Positions 1 to 8,937 of a stretch of 28,997 bases of DNA are shown piece by piece. Positions within the stretch are counted from its first letter, which is position 1. Each line of letters opens with the position of its first letter. The translations under genes were made by a program, and so were the position numbers. Under the pieces are notes generated by a model that saw only the letters and a list, made by a program, of their open reading frames with translations, was not told the DNA's origin and ran no database searches. Source of the stretch: a virus (Duplodnaviria > Caudoviricetes); the IMG/VR virus record IMGVR_UViG_3300035392_000125, positions 1 through 28,997 of that record. The stretch is one strand, 5' to 3'.

Positions 1-1
1 C

Positions 2-187
2 CTAGTCGGCGGCGTGGGCTGTCCTTATTGTGGCAATGCTTATGCGTTAGGAATTTGTAAATGCGGGGCGGTATTTTGTGTGGGGGACGATGAAAATGCC
101 CAATGTCCGTGGTGTGACGCACAATTGAAAATGCAGTCCAGCAGTGCCGATAGTGAAGGGTTTGAAATAACCCGTTCTAAAGGATGA
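2..187 (+). CDS. 3' end of TerY-C metal-binding domain protein (partial, starts before window)
   Basis: Own translation: LVGGVGCPYCGNAYALGICKCGAVFCVGDDENAQCPWCDAQLKMQ...FEITRSKG*. The CxxC/CxC/C/CPWC pattern fits TerY-C. The stop overlaps the next ATG (ATGA). Confidence 0.8.
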   Translation, partial: LVGGVGCPYCGNAYALGICKCGAVFCVGDDENAQCPWCDAQLKMQSSSADSEGFEITRSKG

Positions 188-1167
188 AAATCGTGTTTGA
201 GTTATCGAACCTACGAATTTGTTTAGAGATGCTAGCGCGTTTTCAAATACCCGCGGATTTAAACCAAATTAAGCAATTTTTAGCAGTTGAAGCGCAAACA
301 GACTGGCTTGATGAAGAAATGGCGCAGTTAAAACAACGCTGGGAGGATTTTTTTAGCCCAAAACCGCCCATTATTGAGGAAACCATCACGGATTTAACCC
401 CGCTGATTGAACAGGAGTTAGAAGCTATGCAGTCGCCTGCAAACTTACCTGTGCATTTTAAACTGCCAAATGCCACAGTCGGTAAAACCTATCACGCCGC
501 TTTAGAATGGCACGATGAACGACCTATTCGGATTGTTTCGCTGACAGGACTTGAAGAGGTTGGCTTAAGCTATCAGCCTGAGCAAAATCTGTTAAGTGGT
601 GAGCCTCAGCAGGCAGGTGATTATGTGTTACAAATTACTTATTGTTTGGAAGAAAATTTAAACCTGCCACAGGTCACGTCATTAAATTTTGTGATTAACA
701 ATGACCCGAAAAGCTTATGGCAAGCGATTCCCTCACAGCCTGCGGAATTATTTTGGAAACCTGACACCGCTTATCAAGGTGCAATAGGACATTATGGTTG
801 GCAACTTGCCGCCGCCAGTAAACGGGGGCGTTCTCATGCCCACGTTGGTAGTTGTCGGGATGATGATTTTGCCTTTTGCATTGAGGCAGAAACGCTGTGG
901 CACGTTGTGGCAGTCACCGACGGCGCAGGCAGTAGTCAGTATTCGCGCGAAGGGGCGCGGGTAATTGCACAACAAAGTGTCGGGCTATTGACCGCACAAT
1001 TACAACACGCCGATGCACAAATTTCTGCGCTCATTGTGGAATGGCAAACCACGCAACAAGCCAGTGATGAAGCCGTTTTAAAAACGCTGCTGTGTGATTT
1101 ATTGAGTCAAACCTTACAACTGTGGGGAGAGAGTAGAAATAAGATAAACCAACAGCAGTTAAAATAA
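184..1167 (+). pseudogene. PP2C-like phosphatase of a TerY-P locus with Ig-like N-terminal domain, truncated by prophage insertion
   Basis: Motifs SKRGRSH, RDDDF and AVTDGAGS are present; the C-terminal catalytic DG and DDxT motifs are absent. The frame ends shortly after entering AT-rich DNA at ~1121. Confidence 0.8.
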
Positions 1168-1264
1168 TTTTTCCTTTTTTTTATCAAATAGATAGTGATA
1201 ACTTATTCAAACTAAAAAATAGTTAATTTGCGACAAAGTTACTAATATTTTAATGAAAAACTAG

Positions 1265-1300
1265 AAAAACGGCTAAAAGTTATGTTTTTAGCCGTTTTTT
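1265..1300. terminator. Probable bidirectional intrinsic terminator after the methyltransferase gene
   Basis: AAAAACGGCTAAAA-7 nt-TTTTAGCCGTTTTT inverted repeat, with a T run on both strands. Confidence 0.65.
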
Positions 1301-1323
1301 ATTACCTAAAAATCAGTTAAAGC

Positions 1324-2136
1324 TTATTGGTTTTTCAGCTCTAAATACCTAGCTTTTGCTTGTTCGATCCGATTTTTTGTAATTTCAATATACGACTCAT
1401 AAGTTTCACCACCTATAGAATTTCGGTTTAAATTTAAGCACGCTTCCAAAGTTGTGCCACTTCCTACAAAAGTATCTAAAACCAAATCTCCTTCGTTGCT
1501 GTACGTCTTAACTAGCCACTCACATAAATCAAGCGGCTTTTGAGTTGGATGTGCTGTATTATTTTTTCCTTGTGGCACTGAATAGCTCAGTACACTAAAA
1601 GGATGTCGTTTCCCATCATTAAGATACTTTGCAGTGGGTGTTTTCCTTATGCCCTGATAGAGAGAAACCTGCGAGGTATTATTTCTTTTGATAACAACTT
1701 TACCCACTTTATGTCGAGCCAGTGATGATTCAGAAACTGCAACACGTTGGGGATTATATGTTGATTTTTTAAATTGATTGGTGAAGACAAGGATGTATTC
1801 ATGTGTTCGGAATGGTCTAAAATTCACATCCATAAAGTTGGGGCCGCGATTTTTTGACCATATAAGCTCGTAACAGCTTTTAAAAACCTTGTGACTTCTT
1901 AATTCGACCAGTAGATTTAAGTCACAAAATGAAAGCAATACACCGTTTGGTTTTAATACTCGCTTACACTCTTTTAGCCATGCTTGAAAATCAAGTCGTG
2001 GTTGTTTATCAAAATGCAAAGATGTCGAGTAATACGGTGGGTCAGTGAGAATCAAATCAACTGAACCATCAGATAGTCCTGCCAAAACTTCAAAACAATC
2101 TTTTTGTAATAAGATAGGAAAAAAACACTCAGTCAT
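1324..2136 (-). CDS. Orphan N4-cytosine/N6-adenine DNA methyltransferase, beta class
   Basis: Catalytic DLILTDPPY near the N-terminus; HPTQKP and LDTFVGSGTT SAM-binding motif near the C-terminus. Confidence 0.93.
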   Translation of the reverse strand: MTECFFPILLQKDCFEVLAGLSDGSVDLILTDPPYYSTSLHFDKQPRLDFQAWLKECKRVLKPNGVLLSFCDLNLLVELRSHKVFKSCYELIWSKNRGPNFMDVNFRPFRTHEYILVFTNQFKKSTYNPQRVAVSESSLARHKVGKVVIKRNNTSQVSLYQGIRKTPTAKYLNDGKRHPFSVLSYSVPQGKNNTAHPTQKPLDLCEWLVKTYSNEGDLVLDTFVGSGTTLEACLNLNRNSIGGETYESYIEITKNRIEQAKARYLELKNQ

Positions 2137-2260
2137 TAAAAATACCTGTTATTTATCAAACTACGAAACGGCGTTTCGCATTTGGAAAGGTTACAATGAT
2201 AGTCATGGTATTTTTGTGATACTCTCTTTAAAACTACAATAAACGGATATTAAAAGTCAT

Positions 2261-2701
2261 TTAAAGTAGGTACTCTGCCAAAATTTCTAAAATATCTTGC
2301 CCGTCATCTGCCGATAGACCCAGATACGGTCTTGCTGGAATATCTCCCCACAAATGAGGGAACTGTGCTTTAGTCCCGCCAAACTGCATCATTGCCGCCT
2401 GAACTTTATTTGTACCGATTGCCACACCTGTATTTCCCAATGACTGGTAATGAATTGATTCTGCCAGATAACCATAATTTACCAGTGGCTTGTCACCCGC
2501 CTTATATAATAGAGTGGTATTGCTGTTTGATGCCCACACACTGCCATCGGGCGCAGTCCCCGTTTCAAACCGCTGTTTGGTGGATTCGGTTAAAACCTCA
2601 CCGATTTCTAACATAGCTGGGCGCAAATTTCCCGCGCGTAACTTTAGTCTTTGTAGGTAGTTGGCAGATTGTTCTAAGCCATTAATCGAGATACTTAACA
2701 T
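2261..2701 (-). CDS. Phage virion morphogenesis protein (Mu gpG/gp31-like)
   Basis: RFETGTAPDG..W, AAMMQFGG and IPARPYLGLS motifs; follows gpF. Confidence 0.9.
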   Translation of the reverse strand: MLSISINGLEQSANYLQRLKLRAGNLRPAMLEIGEVLTESTKQRFETGTAPDGSVWASNSNTTLLYKAGDKPLVNYGYLAESIHYQSLGNTGVAIGTNKVQAAMMQFGGTKAQFPHLWGDIPARPYLGLSADDGQDILEILAEYLL

Positions 2702-2704
2702 AAA

Positions 2705-3508
2705 TTATTTATTGGTGACTTTTGCTAAATCCGCTTTGAGTGCCTCGGCAATAGCAGACGGGTAATCTATCAGCTTTTGTTCAACTAACGATTTTAAACT
2801 TGCTGTGGTATTCGCGCCTGGTGCGTAATCCCAACCGTAATCAATCCCTTCGGGAAGCGTAGTAACCTCCCCCGTACTCTTATTAATATGCTGATAGTTA
2901 CTATCTTCGGGTTTTCTGCCTTTTTCGGAAGCCCTAACCGCCACAACCCTACAATGGCAACCCCAACCATTCGGCGGATAATGAGTTTTCCACCAGGGAT
3001 GATTTGCTGGTAAAACCACGCCATTCCAAACGTTTTTATGAATTTCACGGGGGTGTTGTACTAAATCGCTATGTAGATATTTCCAGTTGGGTCTGACTTT
3101 AAGCAAATCAGGATCAGTCAATTGCTGATAACGTCCTGCTGCATAACTAGTAGACAGATTTGTTTGATAAATCACCCGTGTTCGCCAGTCACGCCCTACC
3201 TTATCGCCTTCGCCCGTCCAACCTGTCCAGCCATTTTTAGCAACGACATTCTCAAATTCTTTCCTAAACCACTGAATGGTTTTACCCTCTGCGATAGAGG
3301 TATCAACAGCAAGGCGCAAATCATTCAGCAAATCCGCTTTAGCTGCACCTGCGACAATAAACGCCCTGTCATGCGCCGCTTTTAGAATATCGTCCCAACG
3401 TTCAGTGGGTAGATTTAACTTTTGCTTGAAAAAGGCAATTTGCTCATCAAACGGCAGTTTGAAATTGCTGTCTTGGGGTGGATTAGTAGTTGAAATGACT
3501 AAAGGCAT
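2705..3508 (-). CDS. Head morphogenesis protein (Mu gpF-like)
   Basis: PFDEQIAFF, IYQTN..TSYAAGR and YPPNGWGCHCRV motifs. Confidence 0.92.
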   Translation of the reverse strand: MPLVISTTNPPQDSNFKLPFDEQIAFFKQKLNLPTERWDDILKAAHDRAFIVAGAAKADLLNDLRLAVDTSIAEGKTIQWFRKEFENVVAKNGWTGWTGEGDKVGRDWRTRVIYQTNLSTSYAAGRYQQLTDPDLLKVRPNWKYLHSDLVQHPREIHKNVWNGVVLPANHPWWKTHYPPNGWGCHCRVVAVRASEKGRKPEDSNYQHINKSTGEVTTLPEGIDYGWDYAPGANTTASLKSLVEQKLIDYPSAIAEALKADLAKVTNK

Positions 3509-3510
3509 GG

Positions 3511-4998
3511 CTATTTAGTCTCATTGATGACATCCACCTGCCCTGCTAAATCCGCACAAGCAAACGCCATTGTCATAATATTTTCGAGTTTCTTGCTGTC
3601 TAAATCACCGTAGGCATTCAGCAAATTATCTCTAACTTTTTCTAAGTCATTTGCATCAGCAAAAGCAATGGCTTGAACTTTGCTGACCATTTGATTTAAG
3701 TATTTACTACTGTTTTCAGCTAATTGTTGGGTGTAATCGGTAACGGGGTCTGTATCATCATTAACTGCTTGTGCAAACTGCGCTACTTGAATGTCGGCTT
3801 GTGAATTTGGCAATACCGCCTCACCGTTTTTAGGTAGTGGAATTTGCAAGCGTTCATGGGCAAAGGCTTGTGGAATCTGCATAAATTCCCGCGCATCTTT
3901 AAACACATCCACCCATTCCTGCCTAGCTTCCGATTCCTCGTAAAATTCAAAACACGGTGGCTTGGCATTGGCAAAATTCAACTCTGTCATCCACACTAGC
4001 AGTTGATTATGCGTATCTTCGACAATAATTCTGTCCGCTGAACCATTATCCTGTTCGCGTGCGCTATGCACTTTAGCCGCAGCAAAACTGCCTTGGGCGT
4101 TGATTTCAGTTGCCAGCGTTTGGCTAGTTAGGCATTTGCTCATTTCTGCATTGCATAACGCAATCAGACGTTCTTGTGGTAGGTTTCCTGTCGCATTGCC
4201 CGATTCAATTAACTCCACTTTGCCGGCATCGGGAATGGCAGCCACAGCATCTTCAACCATATTCGCTAAACTAGCCGCCAGTTCATTAATTTTGGCTTGG
4301 CTAGTGCCGTCTGGATATTTACCGACTGCCCAAGGAATCCCGTACTTTTCGCAAAAACGACTGAACCAGCGAAAGCCGTTATGTTTAAAGGTGTACGGCC
4401 AGAAACAGCTTGATAGCAACGCCACGCCGTAGGGATTATCATAACTAGGCATATGGCGGCTAACTAAAAACTTGTAATCCGGTACAGGTTCGCCATCAAT
4501 TAGATTGTTTTTAGTGATAATCCGCAGTTCGTTTGAATTGCCGTAAACAAAACGCTTATTCGGACGGTCAATCAGCATCACCGGAGTCATTAAACCGTTT
4601 TGCAGTTCCCAGACAATTTCGTGCGCACGATAGCCGCGCAATACCGCTTCGTACATTGTCCAATTTATATCTTGCCAGCCAATGCCAGGTGCGGGGCGTT
4701 TCTCATAGACTTTTTTAGCGAACTCAAGCGCGGCTATGTCTTCAGGTGTATCAGACGCAGCAATTAAACGCCATTCATATTGTACGACATTGGTATGCAG
4801 CGTTCTTATTTCACCAGCAACGTGTGCATCGGACATAATTGCTTCAAACACTTCCTGTGTTTTTCCCATTTTGCGCAAAATTGGATCAGGATTGGGCATC
4901 AAACTCATTGCATTGTAAAAATATGGGTCAGTTTGCCTTGAAGCTATTTCAGTGCCGAGTAGTAATTTTTTGGTGGCGCGTTTTAGTACGTCAAACAT
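3511..4998 (-). CDS. Portal protein (DUF935, Mu gp29-like)
   Basis: NPYGVALLS, FCEKYGIP..VGKY, EMSK.L..QTLAT and SFAAAKVH motifs. Confidence 0.93.
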   Translation of the reverse strand: MFDVLKRATKKLLLGTEIASRQTDPYFYNAMSLMPNPDPILRKMGKTQEVFEAIMSDAHVAGEIRTLHTNVVQYEWRLIAASDTPEDIAALEFAKKVYEKRPAPGIGWQDINWTMYEAVLRGYRAHEIVWELQNGLMTPVMLIDRPNKRFVYGNSNELRIITKNNLIDGEPVPDYKFLVSRHMPSYDNPYGVALLSSCFWPYTFKHNGFRWFSRFCEKYGIPWAVGKYPDGTSQAKINELAASLANMVEDAVAAIPDAGKVELIESGNATGNLPQERLIALCNAEMSKCLTSQTLATEINAQGSFAAAKVHSAREQDNGSADRIIVEDTHNQLLVWMTELNFANAKPPCFEFYEESEARQEWVDVFKDAREFMQIPQAFAHERLQIPLPKNGEAVLPNSQADIQVAQFAQAVNDDTDPVTDYTQQLAENSSKYLNQMVSKVQAIAFADANDLEKVRDNLLNAYGDLDSKKLENIMTMAFACADLAGQVDVINETK

Positions 4999-5001
4999 GA
5001 T

Positions 5002-5289
5002 TTAACTATAACCTAATCTATTTTTAGCCAATAACACTAAATCTTGGCGTGATATTTCAAGCTTTTCTAAAGCAATTTTTAGTAATTCGCTATCCTTAAA
5101 TAGTTCACCGCGACAATAACCACAGACTGAATCAATCCCCGTTATGACAGCATCATCTTGGTCAATAACACCTGCTTCCTCGCCGCATTCAGGGCTACAG
5201 TATTGATTACCACAACTGCAATAGACGTTATCACTATGATCGTTACCAACGTCACCACAATGAGAACAAACAAAATAACTAACTGACAT
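5002..5289 (-). CDS. Small 8-Cys putative zinc-binding protein inserted between terL and portal
   Basis: 95 aa with CxxC-x12-CxC-x4-C-x3-C-x20-CxxC; fills the gap with 2-3 bp spacing on each side. Confidence 0.75.
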   Translation of the reverse strand: MSVSYFVCSHCGDVGNDHSDNVYCSCGNQYCSPECGEEAGVIDQDDAVITGIDSVCGYCRGELFKDSELLKIALEKLEISRQDLVLLAKNRLGYS

Positions 5290-5291
5290 AA

Positions 5292-7034
5292 TTAATACCC
5301 ATTTAAAAGATTCTTAAAAAACGATTTCACTGGCGACTTACTCTGAATATTCGGAATGCCGCCCGCGCGTGATACTGCGATGTGATGCAACCAATACAAC
5401 GCGCTTAAGCCATCATAATGATGACCGTGTTGGGGTTCAGGGAAACTATCCATTTCATCCAGCAATTGCGTTTGGTTTTTATGAAATACAATGCGTGGAC
5501 TAATGCCGCAAATAAACGGCTCTAAAGATTCAATCCGCACCTCCATTGGCGCAACCGCCGTCACGCCAATCAGCGGCAAAGTCACGCCTTCTCTTAGTGC
5601 ATCATCCATAAACGATTGCCGCATGTGTTCGTAAGCGTTGTTATTTTCAAAGCCCCATGCCATACAGTTAAATTCACGCTGAAAGGCAATTAAATCGCTG
5701 CTGAGTTTACTGGGCAAACGTCGCTTAATCACTGCTTCAATCACATACAAAATATTGGTGTTTTGGTCATAATCACCAATCAAAATAGAGCTGGGGTCAG
5801 AGCTTTCACCTTTTCCCATTGACGGGTCACACGCGCCATATTTAATACAATGATTAAAACGTTGCACCCAAAAATGTATATCGGTAAAAATCTTTTCATC
5901 ATCGGTTCGCGCTTCGCCCTGCATTTCAGTCGCAAAGGCTTTGCGGCTTTTCGCCCGCGCCCGCATCAGGTTATACAAGCCACGCACTGACGGCCAAGAA
6001 ACGACCGCGCCCCTATCCATTTCCTTTTTATGTTTCTTATAAAACTTGAAGGATGGCAAATCAGACTCTTTCGCCACATCGCCACGACCAGCGAGTTTCA
6101 ATTCCACTTGCTTGTCATCATTCAGCATCAGTTCTTCGCATTGTTCCCACAGCTCCATTGCGTCTGGAAAGGTTTCAATGGCTTTGAAATGGTGGACTAA
6201 ATGTCCAATGGTTCTTTTCGCGCGGCTAATCGGGTCATCTTTATGCAGCACCGTACCTACGCCTAAATATTTGACTGAACCATCCGGCGGCCCTAAGTAA
6301 TCAATACTTTTTTCTAGCCAGTTCCAACGGTTTTCGCGTTCGGTCGGGCTTTTAGCTTCAGCATCAGTAATTAAATCATCACCGAGCAATAGCTTAGGGC
6401 GTGATGCCCCGTGAAATGTACCCCTAATCGCTTGTTCAGCTCCAAAGGATTCGATTTTGACGTTAGTTTGGCTGACCATATCGCCAATTTTCCAGACCGA
6501 TGTTTTGCCAACCACTTCGGGAAAATCCAGAGATAAAGCCGCGTTATAGCTCAGTTCAGTTTTGATGACTTCGATTAACTTCGCTGGTAGCTTGGTTTCA
6601 GCTCCTAATAACACGATGTAATCAATAAACGGTGGAGTATCGCCTTGCCAGTTGATTTCTTGCCTAATTTCAGCCCGTTCTAATAAGCCTTGCACCACAC
6701 ACCAAACGGGCCCGACTTTAGTCAGCAGGGATGATTTAGCCTCACCACGCGGTGCAACCCACCATTCACGCACCCCACCCACTTGTCTTAGTAGTTTTGG
6801 ATAGCGGTCACAGAAATGGCTTTGGAATAGTGAGCTGTCGCCGCGTATATGGTGTGGAAAGTAGGTATAGGCAAAAAACCTAAAATCACCATCACGCAAT
6901 ACCCGTTGTCTACGTTGTTTTATTGCTTCTGGGCTGGGGTCAATGCCGATGGATTCCGCCTCAATCTCGCGGCGCAGTTGTTTGGTGAGGTTGGATATTT
7001 CCTCTAAAAACTGCTTTTCAGTGAAGCTGCTCAT
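5292..7034 (-). CDS. terL: Terminase large subunit
   Basis: APRGEAKS Walker A variant, RPKLLLGDD Walker B, nuclease ACDPS and HYDGLSAL. Confidence 0.93.
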   Translation of the reverse strand: MSSFTEKQFLEEISNLTKQLRREIEAESIGIDPSPEAIKQRRQRVLRDGDFRFFAYTYFPHHIRGDSSLFQSHFCDRYPKLLRQVGGVREWWVAPRGEAKSSLLTKVGPVWCVVQGLLERAEIRQEINWQGDTPPFIDYIVLLGAETKLPAKLIEVIKTELSYNAALSLDFPEVVGKTSVWKIGDMVSQTNVKIESFGAEQAIRGTFHGASRPKLLLGDDLITDAEAKSPTERENRWNWLEKSIDYLGPPDGSVKYLGVGTVLHKDDPISRAKRTIGHLVHHFKAIETFPDAMELWEQCEELMLNDDKQVELKLAGRGDVAKESDLPSFKFYKKHKKEMDRGAVVSWPSVRGLYNLMRARAKSRKAFATEMQGEARTDDEKIFTDIHFWVQRFNHCIKYGACDPSMGKGESSDPSSILIGDYDQNTNILYVIEAVIKRRLPSKLSSDLIAFQREFNCMAWGFENNNAYEHMRQSFMDDALREGVTLPLIGVTAVAPMEVRIESLEPFICGISPRIVFHKNQTQLLDEMDSFPEPQHGHHYDGLSALYWLHHIAVSRAGGIPNIQSKSPVKSFFKNLLNGY

Positions 7035-7531
7035 TTGCCAAATACCTCATTCACGCGCACTGCAAATTTGTCCAGGATTTTGGCAAACAGTTCAGTTGCT
7101 TCAGGGAAATGCGTTTTAATAAAGCTTGCTAACTCACTAATCACTTCAAAGGCAATGGAAAGACGCGCTAATTTAGGACTGCCTTTGTTCGCTGCATTCA
7201 TTGTTTTAACGTAAGCGTCAGACAGTTTTGAAATAGCATCGGCTTTTTGTAAACCATCAAAATTACCATTTTTAATATTGGCAATCGTGGATTTGAACAG
7301 GAGCGAAAAATCTTCCATAATTTCTTGCGTTACATCACCCAGCGAACCATTTGCCATTCGTGAGGCGGTACGCGCTTTGTTCCAGTCGTCGCCTGATTCT
7401 TTTGCTGCCCGTTTCCAGTTTAGTGCAGTAGCTTTAGAAACACCGTTTTTTACCGCAGCGGCTTCTATGTCCAGTCGCTCATAAACATAAGAAGCACGAA
7501 CTGCTTGACGGGTTTCTGGCGAGTGAGCCAT
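7031..7531 (-). CDS. DUF1804 family protein, putative terminase small subunit
   Basis: MAHSPETR..VR..YV N-terminal HTH and WKR.AK..GDDW motif; overlaps terL start. Confidence 0.85.
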   Translation of the reverse strand: MAHSPETRQAVRASYVYERLDIEAAAVKNGVSKATALNWKRAAKESGDDWNKARTASRMANGSLGDVTQEIMEDFSLLFKSTIANIKNGNFDGLQKADAISKLSDAYVKTMNAANKGSPKLARLSIAFEVISELASFIKTHFPEATELFAKILDKFAVRVNEVFGK

Positions 7532-7737
7532 TAGAAGCCTAACTTTGATTTTGCAAGTTCAATCCCGACCATCACAATCGTTGAGATAGTTACGGCACTG
7601 ATAGTTGATTTGGTTTCAACTTTATTAAGGCGAGTATTGTGGGCATCCAGCTTGTCGTCAAAGCCGTCTTGTTTAGCAAGCATTAAGTCCATTTTGCCTT
7701 TAATTTCACCAAGCAAAAGGTCGTTATCGTGTGGCAT
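7531..7737 (-). CDS. Small coiled-coil protein with C-terminal TM helix (XhlA/holin-like or Mu gp25-like)
   Basis: 68 aa with hydrophobic TISAVTISTIVMVGI; first gene after the predicted late promoter. Confidence 0.55.
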   Translation of the reverse strand: MPHDNDLLLGEIKGKMDLMLAKQDGFDDKLDAHNTRLNKVETKSTISAVTISTIVMVGIELAKSKLGF

Positions 7738-7767
7738 GGGAGTATCCTAGTTAAATATTTTTTGACT

Positions 7768-7816
7768 AGAATGGCTTTTCTGGAGGCAAAAAAAAAGACG
7801 TAAAATGTTTTACGTC
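7768..7816 (-). promoter_or_regulatory. Mor/C-type activator box and -10 of the leftward packaging operon
   Basis: Palindrome GACGTAAAA-TG-TTTTACGTC (7797-7816), 23 nt, then CATTCT on the minus strand; same geometry as 17840-17888. Confidence 0.75.
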
Positions 7817-7854
7817 CTTTCTTTTTCTTTGCGGGTTAGCTTAGTTTGCTATTT

Positions 7855-8028
7855 TTAGTGCGGTGGTGTCAAGGGCATATAGCCTTTTGATCGCATAATC
7901 GCTAGAAAACGATTGATGCGCTGAGCTTTTGTATTACTAATATGAGGGCTCCCTGACTTAGCGATGACTAACAATTCCAGCGCAGTTTGTAAGTCTTGCT
8001 TTAGTGATTCAGTTACTTCTTGTGACAT
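7855..8028 (-). CDS. Hypothetical 57-aa protein (not in ORF track)
   Basis: MSQEVTESLKQDLQTALELL...PLTPPH*; starts 8 nt after the mor stop with AAGG upstream. Confidence 0.6.
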   Translation of the reverse strand: MSQEVTESLKQDLQTALELLVIAKSGSPHISNTKAQRINRFLAIMRSKGYMPLTPPH

Positions 8029-8036
8029 TTTTATCT

Positions 8037-8438
8037 TTACCTTTCAGGTAAGTTCAATTGCTCACCGTTATTCTCATTCAGTCCTTGGCAGATATTAATA
8101 ATCTGCTGTCGGGTTAAGTTAAATTCCAATGCTAGTTTGGATGCGGATTTTGTGTTGCGCAACTGCTGAATTGCCTGATTGCGAATCTGTTGTGTTATCT
8201 TGTCAGCTTTGGGAACAACAAGCACTTTCTCTGGCATTGCCTTGCACAAAACATCAACACTCTCGCTATTTAAAATTGCTAATAACACTTTTGCATTATG
8301 CGCATGGATAGGGATTTTTATTGATGTGCCGCCCCGCGCTGCAAGTAATTTGAACGTCTCAGGTAGACCAATCAAATCAACCAATGCGCGAATCGGGCGG
8401 CTCATAAGTGATGATACATCAACCTGAGACAAGTCCAT
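8037..8438 (-). CDS. mor: Mor/C family transcription activator
   Basis: LVDLIG..ET.KL....GG..I.IP, RNQAI and C-terminal HTH LALEFNLTRQQIINI. Confidence 0.88.
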   Translation of the reverse strand: MDLSQVDVSSLMSRPIRALVDLIGLPETFKLLAARGGTSIKIPIHAHNAKVLLAILNSESVDVLCKAMPEKVLVVPKADKITQQIRNQAIQQLRNTKSASKLALEFNLTRQQIINICQGLNENNGEQLNLPER

Positions 8439-8439
8439 T

Positions 8440-8937
8440 TTAAACCTCTACGCCCACACGTTTTGACCAAGCTTTTAGTTGCTCAATGCAGGTGTTTAAA
8501 TTATTGCTATTTGCCCACTGCAAGCGGTCTTTTTGGGTGTAGGTTTTGCACCAAGCTTCCAAGGCCTTTTGTGATTTGTCCTGGACATGACCTTTATCGG
8601 CTAAGTTACACCATAAAGCATTTAGCTTTGCGATGCGTGGTGTTCGCCAATCTTTATTGTCATGGACAAACTTTTTACCTGTCTTGGTGGTCGGCTTAAA
8701 GCCACTGTCTTTCATGCGTTCCACGGCTTGGCATAACTGTCCTATGGTCATTGTTGTCGCTGAGTAATTGCCCGCTGCGTTTTTTGTTGCTCCTTGCATC
8801 GGCAGCCACATACCGTAATAAAACTCATTATCCCAGCATAATTGCGCCTTACCAAGTGCCAATAAGGTATAAAAACGTTTGCGATTATCGATTGGTATGT
8901 GTTTTTTATCCGTAGTTTTAGTAACCACTGCACTCAT
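8440..8937 (-). CDS. gemA: GemA/gp16 family regulatory protein (DUF1018)
   Basis: S..TMT..QL..AVERMK..GF, KLNALW..LADKG and IEQLKAW motifs; directly upstream of mor as in Mu. Confidence 0.85.
   Translation of the reverse strand: MSAVVTKTTDKKHIPIDNRKRFYTLLALGKAQLCWDNEFYYGMWLPMQGATKNAAGNYSATTMTIGQLCQAVERMKDSGFKPTTKTGKKFVHDNKDWRTPRIAKLNALWCNLADKGHVQDKSQKALEAWCKTYTQKDRLQWANSNNLNTCIEQLKAWSKRVGVEV

Noticed and set aside
2119-2125. A7 run at the methyltransferase 5' end as a phase-variation tract
   Set aside because: Runs of this length are common in this AT-rich sequence and the frame is intact.
1324-2136. Restriction-modification system
   Set aside because: No adjacent endonuclease gene.
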